The notes below the pieces were generated by a model. That model was not told the origin of the DNA and did no database searches. It was given only the letters and a program-made list of their open reading frames with translations. A stretch of 64,000 bases of DNA from Deltaproteobacteria bacterium (GTDB lineage Bacteria; Desulfobacterota; Desulfobacteria; Desulfobacterales; SpSt-501), in contig JACRCN010000033.1 in the NCBI GenBank assembly GCA_016219005.1, positions 7,595 through 71,594 on the forward strand. Direction: 5' to 3'. How positions within the stretch are numbered: position 1 is the first letter of the stretch; each line of letters begins with the position of its first letter. Positions 63,849 to 64,000 of this stretch are shown here, one piece after another. The translations under genes and the position numbers were made by a program.

Positions 63849-64000
63849 GGAAACCTCCGGATTGGGTTGGGGGTGCACTACTGCAAGAAATGCCGATATC
63901 GATCTTACAGAAAAATTGGTGCGGTCGTCAACGGGCGCAGGAAATCGGTTTGTTCATGCAAACTAAAAGGGGTCTGACAGGGTCGCTGTTTGACCGCCGC

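Noticed and set aside
63900-64000. Possible 3' end of a minus-strand gene entering from the right edge (...AAVKQRPCQTPFSLHEQTDFLRPLTTAPIFL*)
   Set aside because: Only about 30 codons are visible and no family is recognisable, so it cannot be supported.

Overview
GC-rich bacterial chromosome segment. Gene content suggests an anaerobic, probably sulfate-reducing Desulfobacterales-type deltaproteobacterium; that assignment is inference only.

Layout, left to right:
(1) 1-2852: YnjB/YnjC-type ABC binding protein and permease.
(2) 3315-4900: MauE/DoxX membrane protein, exported rhodanese and a C_GCAxxG_C_C redox protein.
(3) 5126-13056: a selenium-utilisation locus. It runs tRNA-Sec (selC), selB, cysS, a 2-hydroxyacyl-CoA-dehydratase/double-cubane-like Fe-S protein with its ATPase activase, two decayed ABC transporter genes, a Sec-containing selD (in-frame TGA, truncated in the ORF track) and yedF.
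(4) 13447-21151: aldehyde dehydrogenase, acpH, fdhD, a crotonase, an msrA relic and an OmpR-type two-component pair. Three copies of a ~140-bp MITE-like repeat are interspersed here.
(5) 21442-33636: an acyl-CoA catabolic cluster with an HMGL-like lyase, crotonase, TetR, fused isobutyryl-CoA mutase IcmF, thiolase, Hbd, XRE-cupin regulator, acyl-CoA dehydrogenase and ACT protein.
(6) 33905-34351: a glycine-rich RRM RNA-binding protein.
(7) 34507-43920: a Liv-type ABC importer operon interleaved with two acyl-CoA synthetases.
(8) 44220-46054: a GAF-PAS-LuxR regulator preceded by a small glutaredoxin-like selenoprotein (in-frame TGA, absent from the ORF track).
(9) 46269-49267: ptsH-ptsI-smpB-ssrA (tmRNA).
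(10) 49271 to about 58000: an AT-richer genomic island next to ssrA. It holds an integrase relic, several gene fragments, an AbiEi/AbiEii toxin-antitoxin pair, an AEP-primase/SF2-helicase fusion (conflict-system-like), a novel DHH-like/CPBP-protease-like membrane fusion protein lying between two halves of a Y1-transposase-like pseudogene, and a rhodanese selenoprotein (in-frame TGA inside a hairpin).
(11) 58566-63848: small secreted proteins, an SHMT-like enzyme with a GntR regulator, a 2-hydroxyacid dehydrogenase and a lipoprotein.

No rRNA and no CRISPR array were seen. Most long ORFs lying antisense to these genes are GC-driven shadow ORFs and were rejected.
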